DNA of 57,527 nt from an uncultured Persicitalea sp. (lineage in GTDB: Bacteria; Bacteroidota; Bacteroidia; Cytophagales; Spirosomataceae). Of the stretch, positions 45,272 through 55,299 are shown one piece after another; the stretch's first letter is position 1, and each line of letters opens with the position of its first letter. The stretch covers positions 1-57,527 of the forward strand of contig CATMVR010000001.1 in the NCBI GenBank assembly GCA_950075905.1, given 5' to 3'. A program made the position numbers and the translations under genes. Under the pieces are notes generated by a model. It did not search any database. It saw only the letters and a list, made by a program, of their open reading frames with translations, and was not told where the DNA came from.

Positions 45272-48200
45272 GTGCATCTGGCCAGGGCGAAAGTAGAGGT
45301 TTTCAGCCCGGTGGAAGCCTTAGCTGCGTCGTTGAATCGGTTTGGAGGGGTTGATTTGGGCTATATGGCTGAACTATCCGGTCAAAGGCAGCAAGAGTTG
45401 GTACAACAGCTCGAAAACCAGATTTTCTATCATCCCGTTGAGGGTAAGTTTCTGACCCGCGATGTACTGGGGTCGGGGAATATCCAGCAGAAGCTGGACG
45501 ATATCCGGGCAATAGAACCAGCCAATGAATCCGAGCGCACCCAAATTGCAAAAACTGTTCAGTTTCTTGAAAGTGTTAAACCGGAAAAGGTACCCTACGA
45601 GCTCATTGACTTCAACCTGGGGGAACGGTGGCTGAATCCGGAACTGTACTCCCGTTTTGCCTCCGATTTCTTTTCCTCCGCTGTCAGCGTCAGCTATTCG
45701 CCCACCCTGGATGACTTCGGGGTGAAGGGGCTGGAACATTACTATAACCCAAGAATCACCGAGGAGTTTGCAGTGCAGGCAAGCCACCGGATGTACACCG
45801 GCCTGGACCTGCTTCGGTACGCCCTGCTGGATACCGTGCCCAATATCACCAAAACCGTGGAGGACGAGGGGGGGCGGGAAGCCAAAGTTCGGGATTCGGA
45901 GAAGATTCGGCTGGCTTCGCAAAAGATCGATGCCATCCGCAACGGGTTCACGGACTGGATGCGGGCGCTGCCAATGGGGGACAAAACACAAATTGAGGAT
46001 ACCTACAACCGGCTGTACAATGCGGAGGCAAAGCAGAAATACGATGGATCGCATCTGGAATTTCCCGGTCTGCAGCTTCGGAACCTGGGCATAGAGTCCC
46101 TGTATGGCTCCCAGAAGGATACCGCCTGGATGCTGATGCAAAATGCCGGAGGCATCGTGGATCACGAAGTGGGTACGGGCAAGACCCTGACCATGATTGT
46201 GACGGCCTATGAAATGAAGCGGCTGGGCCTGGTGGCCAAGCCCATGATCGTGGGCATGAAGGCCAACGTGGGGGCCATCGCCGAGACCTTTCGGCTGGCC
46301 TACCCCGACGCCCGGATTCTGGCCCCTTCGGAAAACGATTTTTCCCGGGCAAAACGGGAAAAGCTTTTTGACGCTATGGCCAATACTGACTGGGACTGCA
46401 TCATCCTCACCCACGATCAATTTGCCAAAATTCCCCAGAGTTTGGATGTGCAGAAGAGGCTAATTGGTAAAGAGGTGGAAAATTTGGAAAAAGACCTGCG
46501 GGAACTTGGTCGAAGTGGCCTGCGCGTTGGTACCTCTTTGTTGAAAGGTTTAGAAAAAAGGAAGGTCTCGCTGACCAACAATCTCAATTCGATCACCCTC
46601 CAACTATCGGAAAGAAAGGACGATACTACGGACTTTGAAAAAATGGGTATTGATTTTTTACAAGTAGACGAGAGCCACAAGTTCAAGAATCTGCTGTTCA
46701 CCACCCGGCACGACCGCGTAGCGGGTTTGGGCAACCAACAGGGGTCGCATCGGGCACTGAACATGCTTTTTGCCGTACGAACCATTCAGGAAAAGCGGGG
46801 AGGGGATTCGGGCGTAGCGTTTTATTCAGGAACGCCCATATCGAATTCACTCACGGAATTGTACCTGCTGTTCAAATACCTTCGGCCCAGTGAGCTGGCA
46901 AGGCAGCGGATGGAGAATTTCGATTCGTGGCTGTCTGTATATGCCAAAAAAACAACCGACTATGAGTACTCAGTTACCAACCAGCTCATTGAAAAATCCC
47001 GGTTCCGGCACTTTATCAAGGTACCCGAACTGGCGGCCTGTTACAGTCAAATTACCGATTTTCGAACGGCAGAAATGGTGGGGGTTGACCGGCCCGCCGT
47101 GGTACACCAGCTGATTACGAGTACCCCGACCGAACAACAGGCAGAGTTTATCCAAAAACTCATTGCCTTTGCAGGGAGTGGCGACGGTACGTTACTGGGC
47201 CGTGGACCCTTGTCGGAAACCGAGGAAAGGGCCAAAATGCTGATTGCTACCAATTATTCTAAAAAGTCGGCCCTGGATATGCGGTTGATTGATCCTACGG
47301 CCGGAGATCATCCAAACAACAAGGTAAGCCAGGCGGCCGCAATCATTCATCGGCATTATGTGGAATCGTTTCCGTATAAAGGTACACAACTCGTATTCTG
47401 TGATTTGGGTACACCTTCGGGCTCCTCCCTGTTCAATGTGTACGATGCCCTAAAAACCAAGCTGGTCCGGGAGTACGGGCTTCCCGCTTCGGAGGTGAGG
47501 TTCATTCACGAGGCAAAGAACGACCGGCAGCGGCAGCAACTTATCCGTGACACCAACGAGGGCCGGATCCGGGTGCTGATGGGGTCCACCGAGAAACTGG
47601 GCACGGGTGTCAACGCCCAGAGGCATGTTGTGGCCATGCATCATTTGGATGTTCCCTGGAAGCCTTCTGATTTTGAGCAGCGCGTGGGTAGGGGAGTACG
47701 GGCCGGCAACGAAACGGCAAAGCGACATTTTGGCAACCGGGTGCAGAACTATGTGTACGCCGTGGAGCGCACGCTTGACAATTTCATGTTCAATTTGCTA
47801 CAAAACAAAGCCCTGTTTATTTCTCAGATCAAGAACCAGAACATAGCGGTGCGGCGCATCGACGAAGGCGCGGCCGACGAAGCCAACGGCATGAACTACG
47901 CCGAATACGTGGCCCTTCTGTCGGGCAATAAGGATTTACTCGAAAAGGCCCGGATCGAAAAGCAAATCGCCGGGCTGGAATCGGAACGGACCGTGTACAA
48001 TAAGGATCTGGCTTCTCAGCGTAATTCCTTCATTCAACTTGAAAATACCCTGACCCGAACCAAGGATGTATTGGATCGAATCGATGCGGACAAAAGCCTG
48101 CTGGCCAAAAGGGGCGGGACGGGTGCCCCGCTGGTAGCGGAAAAGGATACGGAGGCACTGGGGATGAAGATGCTCGATGCTCAGATGAAGGGTAAATTGG

Positions 48201-48682
48201 GGGTGAGCCCGATCGCCAGTTTCGAGGGATTCGAGCTATCGGTGGATACCTACCGGTTTGAAGGGAAAACCTACCACAAATGGGACGTACGGTCTCCGAA
48301 CGGAATCGTCTACCGGCATAACAACGGATACCTCAACACGGAGAAAGTCAAAACTGCCGGGGAGTATGTCAATAAGGCCACGGCTCCCGAATTGATCGAA
48401 AAACTGCGCCGGCAGCAGGAGGAGAAAAAGCAGGAACTGGAAAAGGGAATCCGCATTGCCTCACTAGCTCAGGGCAAAGCCTGGCCCAAGGAGGCAAAGC
48501 TACGGGAATTGAAGGTAGAACTTGGTCTGATCGAAAGGCGGATCACCGAGAGCCTGAAACCGTCCGAAGGTACCTCCGAGAAGGTGGCAGCATCAAAACA
48601 GGAAATTAACGGCCATGAGCCACAGCCCGACAGCCTTGAACGGAAGAACGCTTCCTTTACGCCAGCTGTCCGCCTTAGGTAG
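45272..48682 (+). CDS. SNF2/DEAD-like helicase module (C-terminal part of the interrupted methylase-helicase gene; frame is open from 45212)
   Basis: Motifs [13 protein letters not shown] (Walker A), [11 protein letters not shown] (DExH), [22 protein letters not shown] and [13 protein letters not shown]. The track start is a GTG at 45272; the first ATG is at 45365. Confidence 0.8.
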   Translation: MHLARAKVEVFSPVEALAASLNRFGGVDLGYMAELSGQRQQELVQQLENQIFYHPVEGKFLTRDVLGSGNIQQKLDDIRAIEPANESERTQIAKTVQFLESVKPEKVPYELIDFNLGERWLNPELYSRFASDFFSSAVSVSYSPTLDDFGVKGLEHYYNPRITEEFAVQASHRMYTGLDLLRYALLDTVPNITKTVEDEGGREAKVRDSEKIRLASQKIDAIRNGFTDWMRALPMGDKTQIEDTYNRLYNAEAKQKYDGSHLEFPGLQLRNLGIESLYGSQKDTAWMLMQNAGGIVDHEVGTGKTLTMIVTAYEMKRLGLVAKPMIVGMKANVGAIAETFRLAYPDARILAPSENDFSRAKREKLFDAMANTDWDCIILTHDQFAKIPQSLDVQKRLIGKEVENLEKDLRELGRSGLRVGTSLLKGLEKRKVSLTNNLNSITLQLSERKDDTTDFEKMGIDFLQVDESHKFKNLLFTTRHDRVAGLGNQQGSHRALNMLFAVRTIQEKRGGDSGVAFYSGTPISNSLTELYLLFKYLRPSELARQRMENFDSWLSVYAKKTTDYEYSVTNQLIEKSRFRHFIKVPELAACYSQITDFRTAEMVGVDRPAVVHQLITSTPTEQQAEFIQKLIAFAGSGDGTLLGRGPLSETEERAKMLIATNYSKKSALDMRLIDPTAGDHPNNKVSQAAAIIHRHYVESFPYKGTQLVFCDLGTPSGSSLFNVYDALKTKLVREYGLPASEVRFIHEAKNDRQRQQLIRDTNEGRIRVLMGSTEKLGTGVNAQRHVVAMHHLDVPWKPSDFEQRVGRGVRAGNETAKRHFGNRVQNYVYAVERTLDNFMFNLLQNKALFISQIKNQNIAVRRIDEGAADEANGMNYAEYVALLSGNKDLLEKARIEKQIAGLESERTVYNKDLASQRNSFIQLENTLTRTKDVLDRIDADKSLLAKRGGTGAPLVAEKDTEALGMKMLDAQMKGKLGVSPIASFEGFELSVDTYRFEGKTYHKWDVRSPNGIVYRHNNGYLNTEKVKTAGEYVNKATAPELIEKLRRQQEEKKQELEKGIRIASLAQGKAWPKEAKLRELKVELGLIERRITESLKPSEGTSEKVAASKQEINGHEPQPDSLERKNASFTPAVRLR

Positions 48683-48835
48683 CCTGCGGAGGGAGATAGA
48701 AAACTTTCCGTACGCAGGCATGGTTATTATGTATAAAAAAAGTTGCATACCGGTTCATCCGGCAGGCAACGCTTCATACTGCACACACACAGCCAACAAA
48801 ACCAATTATATCCAGCCCAAATTTCCATTTGTACT

Positions 48836-49408
48836 ATGACGGAGGCTTCTTTGGAAGACAAGGCACTGATTGTGGATATCCTCACCCGGTCGTTCGATAG
48901 CAATCAGAGTATAAACTACCTCATTCCCCAGGATTCCCGACGCCAGGACAGAGTCAGGAATCTCATGGAGTATTCCTTCGAGCTCTGCCGCGAGTCCGGA
49001 AAAATTCTATTGTCCGACGACCGCAGGGCCTGCGCGCTCATCATCCTTCCCGAACGCCGGAAAACGACCTGGAAGAGCCTACGTCTTTCACTGTTTCTCA
49101 TCACAAAAAGCATTGGTCTTTTCAACGTCCTGAAAGCGGTGAAGCGGGAAGGGCGCATAGCCGCCCGGCACCCCAAAACACCCTACTATCACCTGTGGTT
49201 TATCGGGGTAGCGCCCGAGCATCAGGGGCGGGGTAGTGGGGGGCAATTGCTGCGGGAAATCCTGGAAGAGGCCGGGGCGCAGCGCCGTCCCGTATACCTG
49301 GAAACCTCCACCCTCAAAAACCTGCCCTGGTACGAAAAGCACGGTTTCGAAATTTTCGACCGTCTCGAACTCTCGTATACGTTGTACCTGCTACGCTGGA
49401 AAGGATAA
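48836..49408 (+). CDS. GNAT-family N-acetyltransferase
   Basis: ATG at 48836 (MTEASLEDKALIV..), with acetyl-CoA motif WFIGVAPEHQGRGSGGQLLREILE. Confidence 0.8.
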   Translation: MTEASLEDKALIVDILTRSFDSNQSINYLIPQDSRRQDRVRNLMEYSFELCRESGKILLSDDRRACALIILPERRKTTWKSLRLSLFLITKSIGLFNVLKAVKREGRIAARHPKTPYYHLWFIGVAPEHQGRGSGGQLLREILEEAGAQRRPVYLETSTLKNLPWYEKHGFEIFDRLELSYTLYLLRWKG

Positions 49409-49414
49409 ACTCTT

Positions 49415-50392
49415 ATGTTAGTATTTGGCACCGAAATACATATCGTCACCTTCGTTTTCATTGTGCTGGAAACGGTCTTTTTCTTCAACCAGCTGTATGT
49501 GTACCTTTCCTGGCCTGACGATAAGATCCGGAAGTACTACCTGATCCTGCTGGGGCTGTTGATCGTGAAAAACCTGGCCATGGGCCTTTTTCCCGATCCG
49601 GAGTTTGACATCCCCCTGGTGGTGCAGTATGGCTTCACGTACGCCGCGGGCTTTGTGATGGCCTCCTACTTTCCGTACTACTTCTACAAGGCGTACGACC
49701 TCAGGGGGCTGAGGTTTCATGCCACCTACGGCATATTCCTGTTTCTCTATCTTCCCTTTATCACGGTTTTCCTGGTGGAGTACACGCTCACCAAAAACAT
49801 CGACCAGTCGCTGGCGCACGGGCTCTACATTCCGGCGGCGTACAGTCTGGTGCTGGCCTACGTCATGTGGAAATCGATACAGAAGGAATTCAGGAAGGAG
49901 ATCGAGGAACGGAAGTATTGGGAAATTATTGGGTTGTACTTTTCTGTCATCCCCTTCATTGCCATCGCCTTTTTTCCCGACATCACCCAGCTGGTTGAGG
50001 CCATTATTACCAATGCGGGCTTTATTGTTCTCACCTTTTTCTTCACCCACGGCGACATTCTGAAAAACCGCAGAAACAAGCAGATGCTGGACCGGCTCAC
50101 TAAATCCGCACAGGGCCAGGGCCTGCCTGGAGGTACTCCTGTTTCTGATCCGCAGGCCCTAGAGCATACTATGAACAACTATGGGTTTACGAGCCGGGAG
50201 AAAGAGGTGATGCTGCTGGTTCGCGTCGGTCATACGAACCGTAAAATTGCGGAAGAGATGGGCATCAAGGTAGGCACCGTAAAGAAGCACGTGGAAAATA
50301 TATTCCAAAAAACCGGGGTTTCCAATCGGACGGAACTGATCCACAAACTTACGCAAAATAGGCTCCCAGAGCCTCCTGATGCCCAAAATTAA
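49415..50392 (+). CDS. Membrane-anchored LuxR-family transcriptional regulator (polytopic N-domain + C-terminal HTH)
   Basis: About 220 aa with 6-7 hydrophobic helices, then the LuxR/GerE HTH FTSREKEVMLLVRVGHTNRKIAEEMGIKVGTVKKHVENIFQKTGVSNRTELI. Confidence 0.8.
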   Translation: MLVFGTEIHIVTFVFIVLETVFFFNQLYVYLSWPDDKIRKYYLILLGLLIVKNLAMGLFPDPEFDIPLVVQYGFTYAAGFVMASYFPYYFYKAYDLRGLRFHATYGIFLFLYLPFITVFLVEYTLTKNIDQSLAHGLYIPAAYSLVLAYVMWKSIQKEFRKEIEERKYWEIIGLYFSVIPFIAIAFFPDITQLVEAIITNAGFIVLTFFFTHGDILKNRRNKQMLDRLTKSAQGQGLPGGTPVSDPQALEHTMNNYGFTSREKEVMLLVRVGHTNRKIAEEMGIKVGTVKKHVENIFQKTGVSNRTELIHKLTQNRLPEPPDAQN

Positions 50393-50559
50393 CCGAATGT
50401 ACGACTTTATACGTACTACTTTCAGACCTGGAATTTTCAAAAATCCGACCAAAGACGTATTGACAGGGGAGAGGTTCTCCACCATTTTTGTGAGACCAGC
50501 CCAGGCCGGTGTCACCGGCCTGGTGCCGTTCCGTGTTGTTAGGCAAGAAATAGTGTGTG

Positions 50560-50859
50560 ATGAAAACCAGATCCAGTATGAAAACCCGTACCCCCCACGC
50601 GCAAGTATCCGTTACCCTGCGCCCCGTCCGTCCATCCTTTCCTTATTTGCTCCATACTGGCTACGAGCTGCACCAGCTCCTGGCTCGCTATGGTCATAAT
50701 GCCCTCCAACCCCGCTACCTCACCTTTCCCGGCCCGGGAGGGGAGGAGGAGATTCTCTTGGTGCCCAGGCTGCGGTACGAGATGGGGGAGGAGGCGTGGG
50801 AAGAATTGTGTCCGGATTTCAGGGAGAAGGTTTTGAGGTTGTTTTATGAGAAATTGTGA
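50560..50859 (+). CDS. Small hypothetical protein, paralog of 37122-37418
   Basis: See 37122-37418 for the shared C-terminal domain ending ..FREKVLRLFYEKL. The ATG at 50560 follows the GTG at 50557. Confidence 0.5.
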   Translation: MKTRSSMKTRTPHAQVSVTLRPVRPSFPYLLHTGYELHQLLARYGHNALQPRYLTFPGPGGEEEILLVPRLRYEMGEEAWEELCPDFREKVLRLFYEKL

Positions 50860-50905
50860 GGGAGTTAACAAATAATAATCAGGTTAAACGCATTTAATTT
50901 TATCT

Positions 50906-52476
50906 AGGAGTGTGTCGGACTTGCGAATTAGGAAATCTTCAGTACCTTTAGAATATGAAACATTTTATCGGAGCCAACCGTGGGCAGAGCACGTTTCTGC
51001 CTTACGACCTAGACGAGTGGCTGCCAGAAAATCACCTGGCCCGCTTTATTGTTGAGATCACGATAAGCTGGACTTGACCAGCATTTACCCTCAGTACCGG
51101 GCACGGGCACGGCTGCGTATGATCCCAAACTGCTGCTTGGGCTGTTATTCTATGGGTATTCCACCGGGATTTTCAGTTCACGGAAACTAGAAGCGGCTAC
51201 CTATGACTCGGTTGCCTTCCGCTTCATTGCCGGCAACCATCACCCGGACCATGATACCATTGCCTGTTTCCGCTAGCGGTTTCTGGGCCAGATCAAAGGC
51301 TGGTTTTTGGAGATTCTGCTGATCGGCAAGGAAATGGGCCTGGTCAGGGTGGGCACTGTGTACCTGGATGGAACCAAGCTCAAGGCCAATGCCAGCAGGC
51401 ACAAGGCCTTGAGCTACGACTACATGAAACGCCTCGAGCAGGAGCTCGAATCAGAGATAAGTAAGCTGCTGGAGCTCGCCACGAGCACCGACGAGCGGGA
51501 GCAGTCGCTGCCCCTGGACCTTCCTGCCGAGTTGCAGCGCCGGGAAGACCGCCTCCAGAAGATCCGACAAGCCAAGGCGGTTGTGGAAGCCCGGGCGGCC
51601 GAGCGTTATAGCCAGCAGAAGCAGGAATTTGACCAAAAAATGTCCGAACGCTCGCTAAAAGAGAGCCAGACGGGCAAGAAAAGCCCGGGCCGTGTGCCAC
51701 AGCCCCCCGATGCCGCTCCTGGCCCTTCGGACCAGTACAATTTCACCGACCCCCAATCGCGCATCATGAAGACCTCCTGTGGCTTCGAGCAGTGTTACAA
51801 TGCCCAGGCGGCCGTCAATGAAGATATGCTTATCCTGGGGGCCTACAGCAACGCACAGGGCAATGACCCGGCGGAGTTCCTGGGGGGCCTGGCCTCGATC
51901 CCGGTGGCCGTAGGCACCCCAACGGTAGCGGTGGCAGATGCGGGCTATTTTAGTGAAAGCAATGTGCTGCAAGCCCCCCCAACGCTGGTGCCCCTGATTG
52001 CAACCGCCAGGGAGCCGCACAACTCATATCCTAAGACTGTTTTAAACCCACAAACGCCAGGCCTTGATTTCCCGCTGGCCGACGGGCAAACCCTATCCGC
52101 GATTGAAATCATGAGAATACGCTTGAAAATTCCGGAATACAGGGCTATTTACCGCAAGCGAAAGCAAACCGTCGAACCGGTATTCGGAATTATCAAGGAG
52201 GTGTTGGGCTTCAGGCGGTTCTCCTTGCGAGGCTTGTCCCAAACGGACGGGAATGGTCACTGGTGTGCCTGGCTTACAATCTCAAACGCTTATTCAAGCT
52301 GTCCTTAGGGTGAAAGTAAGGGAAATTCGAGCGTTTTATCCCTATGCATCAGGCCCTAGTCAGTGACAAGGCATCCATTTGGGAAAAATCCGACTATTCA
52401 CTTCTAATTCACTTCCAGGTTGATGGAAAATTTATTCCAGTTAATATGTTCAGATTCCTAAGTCCGACACACTCCT
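50906..52476 (+). mobile_element. Decayed IS element, IS1182/IS5-superfamily-like, with terminal inverted repeats
   Basis: The left end AGGAGTGTGTCGGACTT (50906-50922) is the reverse complement of the right end AAGTCCGACACACTCCT (52460-52476). It encloses a broken transposase gene. Confidence 0.75.
50955..52313 (+). pseudogene. Transposase pseudogene (DUF772 N-domain + DDE domain; at least three frameshifts and one in-frame TAG)
   Basis: Frame a reads MKHFIGANRGQSTFLPYDLDEWLPENHLARFIVEI.. and stops at 51075-51077. Shifted frames give DKLDLTSIYPQY and then AAYDPKLLLGLLFYGYSTGIFSSRKLEAATYDSVAFRFIAGNHHPDHDTIACFR-TAG(51274-51276)-RFLGQIKGWF.. The tail shifts again to EWSLVCLAYNLKRLFKLSLG, ending at 52313. 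Confidence 0.75.
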
Positions 52477-52545
52477 CGCATGTAAATTATTCAAAATCAG
52501 TGATGAATTATGTTCTTTCGCCGATTGCCTGCTGGTCCCTCTATG

Positions 52546-53952
52546 CTACTCACTGTATTTGGCTACGAAAATGTCGTTTTGTCCCGCAGAAATGAGAGTT
52601 GTTCCGGATAAGATGGGTGTTCCATAAAAATGCCCAGTGATGTAAAGCTCATTCATCGAACTGTACGTGATACCCAAGACAAACTCGTTACTATCAAACC
52701 CGTCACCTCCTTCCTGCTTTGCCCATAGCGGTGTTCCGTCCTTATCAAACTTTATCAGGATCAAGTCGGTGGATATGTTGCCTGTTGCATTTCCGGTTTC
52801 TTTGGTTTTGAATGTCTGGTTCCCCACCGTTACTGATTCCCTGAAACTTCCTACAACATAAACACTACCATCCTTGCCAGTAGTAATGTCCCCGGCGAGA
52901 TCGTACTGTCTTCCTCCGAGGCCTCTTGCCCATTGGAGCGTACCAGAGGTGGAGTAGTGGGCAACAAATATGTCGTAAACACCATTGTTCGTAAGGGTGA
53001 CTCCTGCAAAGGTTGCATTACTCCGGAAAATTCCCGTTATGCTCACATTGCCTGACTCATCAGCTGCAATGCCGGAGCTGAAATCACCTTCCACCCCGCC
53101 TGCGCTACGGATCCATTGAAGAGCGCCGTCATTATTTAATTTCGCCAGCAGGACGTCGCTGTCTCCACCCGAACCCAGGCTTTCTCCGTCCAGGGAAACA
53201 GCAGACTTAAATTCACCGGTCACATACACATACCCAGAGCCGTCTGTGGCTATTCCCTTACCAGAAGCATGGGATGATCCATCCACTTTTTTAACCCACA
53301 GTACTTCACCATTGGTGTTGTACTTGACTATAAACATGTCACTTCCATTTGTAGCCGTAAGAGTAGCCGAGCCGAACGAAGCGGTCTCCTGGAAGGAACC
53401 GGTCACAAACACATTCCCATCTCTATCCAGAGCTATACTTTCCCCTAGGTCGACCCCTGTCCCACCGGCTCGATGAGCCCATTGCACTTCCCCGTTGGTG
53501 TTGTATTTTGCCACGAAAGCCTCCCCGAAAAAGACGCTTCCGGTTTGAGCTACTGGGGCCGTGAGCCAGATGTGTCCAAAATTGATGCTGCCATTGAAGA
53601 AGCCAGTCACGTAAACATTCCCCTGGCTATCCACAGCAATATCCAACCCCGATTCAGGCCTGAACGTACCTGCACTTCTGGCCCACTGCACTACGCCCAT
53701 TCTGTTGTACTTGACTATGAAAATATCACCCCCACCGGTCGTAGGCAAAGTGACAGAACCGAATGTTACCTGTCCATTGTAAGTACCGGTGATGTATACG
53801 TTGCCCTCATTGTCGGTGGCAATACTTTGTGATACATCGCCCAGAAATCCTCCCTCGCGCCAGGCAGTGGGGTGTGGTTGGGGGGCATGGTCTACGCACG
53901 CGACCACACTGGTCAGCAGAAGTGCGCACCAAAAAACACATGTCTTTCTCAT
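52546..53952 (-). CDS. SBBP-repeat beta-propeller lipoprotein
   Basis: 468 aa with a signal/lipobox (LLLTSVVAC). It has about 8 repeats of the type GNVYVTGxFxGxxxFGxxxLT..GxxDxFVAKY, typical of SBBP (PF06739) repeats. Confidence 0.8.
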   Translation of the reverse strand: MRKTCVFWCALLLTSVVACVDHAPQPHPTAWREGGFLGDVSQSIATDNEGNVYITGTYNGQVTFGSVTLPTTGGGDIFIVKYNRMGVVQWARSAGTFRPESGLDIAVDSQGNVYVTGFFNGSINFGHIWLTAPVAQTGSVFFGEAFVAKYNTNGEVQWAHRAGGTGVDLGESIALDRDGNVFVTGSFQETASFGSATLTATNGSDMFIVKYNTNGEVLWVKKVDGSSHASGKGIATDGSGYVYVTGEFKSAVSLDGESLGSGGDSDVLLAKLNNDGALQWIRSAGGVEGDFSSGIAADESGNVSITGIFRSNATFAGVTLTNNGVYDIFVAHYSTSGTLQWARGLGGRQYDLAGDITTGKDGSVYVVGSFRESVTVGNQTFKTKETGNATGNISTDLILIKFDKDGTPLWAKQEGGDGFDSNEFVLGITYSSMNELYITGHFYGTPILSGTTLISAGQNDIFVAKYSE

Positions 53953-54153
53953 AGAAATGATACATTGAAAATGATTGAATGGACATCAAAAAATGAGAAG
54001 GGTGCTGCAGTCTAAGGCATAGTGCAAAGGGTGGATAACTTCTGTTTACAGAATGTAAAAGATTTGCCTGGTGAATTTAAGTTAACAATTGAATATTTCC
54101 TAGTACGCACACCAAACATTATTATATTAATTGTTCTAATAGTTCAATAAAAT

Positions 54154-54669
54154 TTAAGCGGCATTACAGCCAAATTGATATAATTCTCGGATTTTAGGGA
54201 GATTTTTATCTAACTCAACCCCTTTAGGCAAGATTAAAATAAATCGATCAAGTAGCAACTTGTTGTAGTACAGGGCCTTGATATTAGCCATCGAAAAGGG
54301 TTCTCCGGCTTTGACGCCTTGCTCAACTTTTGCCACGTTGACTGCCGTTAGGGCCGTGTGGATGTGGTACGGGGTCACCCCTTATATTTTGAGATAATAG
54401 TTAACTTTAAAAAGTACTAAACTAGAAGAACTGAAAGGTGAGAGTTGTGAACTATGGGGCCGGTGCGATTTTAGGGGGTCGTGATTGGGTGGCGTATTCT
54501 GAAATAGACTGGGTAAATGCGCTATCTCAAACTCAACGGTCTGTCCGGTGTCTTTTTTGAAACCGATGCTGGGCATTTCACTTATTTGTTGGGCTTGGTA
54601 TAGAAGTGCTAAGATGGCCAGAGAGAAGTATTCGGCCAATTCGCCGGAGAGCGCCTTGAAGTCAGCCAT
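54154..54669 (-). pseudogene. Transposase remnant (two short ORFs in different frames)
   Basis: ORF 54154-54378 (GTG start, closed upstream by TAA) reads TPYHIHTALTAVNVAKVEQG.., resembling the C-terminal hF-H-x-x-A-L-T-A-x-N-x-A-K segment of IS4-like DDE transposases. ORF 54382-54669 has no recognisable domain. Both sit in a junction region. Confidence 0.35.
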
Positions 54670-54692
54670 TTGAGGGGCGGTGCATAGATTTT

Positions 54693-55043
54693 TTATTTCA
54701 AGAAATGCTCGTAGTGTACATTCTCCATTTGCAAGTCGCCCAGGCGATTGACAAGGGAATCCTTTCCCATGTTGGATTCGTCGGCCAGGGTCGCGTAGAG
54801 GTTACTTTTGGTTTTCCGGATTTCCTCATTCAGTGGGGTTGCCCTTGACTGGTGTTGCTCGATGAGAGTTTCGTAACGCGCTACCTGTTTTTCGTCGAGG
54901 TGCAGCTTGTCTATGATTACCTGCTTGGGGCCATCCTGCCCACCTGATGGTCCCCTGCGCGGTAGTTGGGGCGGTTTTCTGAAAAACAGGAGAGCAAGCA
55001 ACCCAAAGTTGATGGCCAGCAGTGCCAATATAGCGATGGTCAA
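54693..55043 (-). pseudogene. Truncated periplasmic LTXXQ/Spy-CpxP-like protein gene
   Basis: TTG start only. It has an N-terminal TM, then LHLDEKQVARYETLIEQHQ (LTXXQ-like). It ends abruptly at ..VHYEHFLK, where family members normally continue with a second LTXXQ repeat. It abuts the transposase debris. Confidence 0.4.
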
Positions 55044-55299
55044 GAGTCGGGTCTAATTAATTATAATGCTGTTGTTGGTGGTCATCTGCATGGTAGATAC
55101 GACATCACTGATCCCACCGCTTTGCTGGGTGTCGGTATGCAGGGAGGTTAAAAAGATACTCGTGTTCAACGCCAGTACCACTACGGTGGCGGCGGCGTTG
55201 CCACATCCCTTGCACCAAAACCTGGGGCTGCTCCAGCGCGTCTATCCGGCCCGAACCTGTTCGGCTATGATATAAGGATCTTTGTAAGGGTACCTTGAA

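Larger units (their letters stand above)
12350..54690. mobile_element. Conjugative plasmid-like / ICE-like region (replication, partition, MPF-B type IV secretion, mobilisation, establishment and cargo genes); boundaries approximate
   Basis: Contiguous block of rep + iterons, traA-traN, mobC/relaxase, parA/parB, T4CP, TA system, methylase-helicase and IS debris. It is flanked on both sides by carbohydrate/uronate-utilisation genes. No integrase or att repeats were identified. Confidence 0.5.

Noticed and set aside
52344-52595. The 83-aa ORF between the IS end and the SBBP gene.
   Set aside because: It spans the IS right inverted repeat and overlaps the 3' end of the SBBP gene. Its sequence is low-complexity with no motif, so it is probably non-coding.
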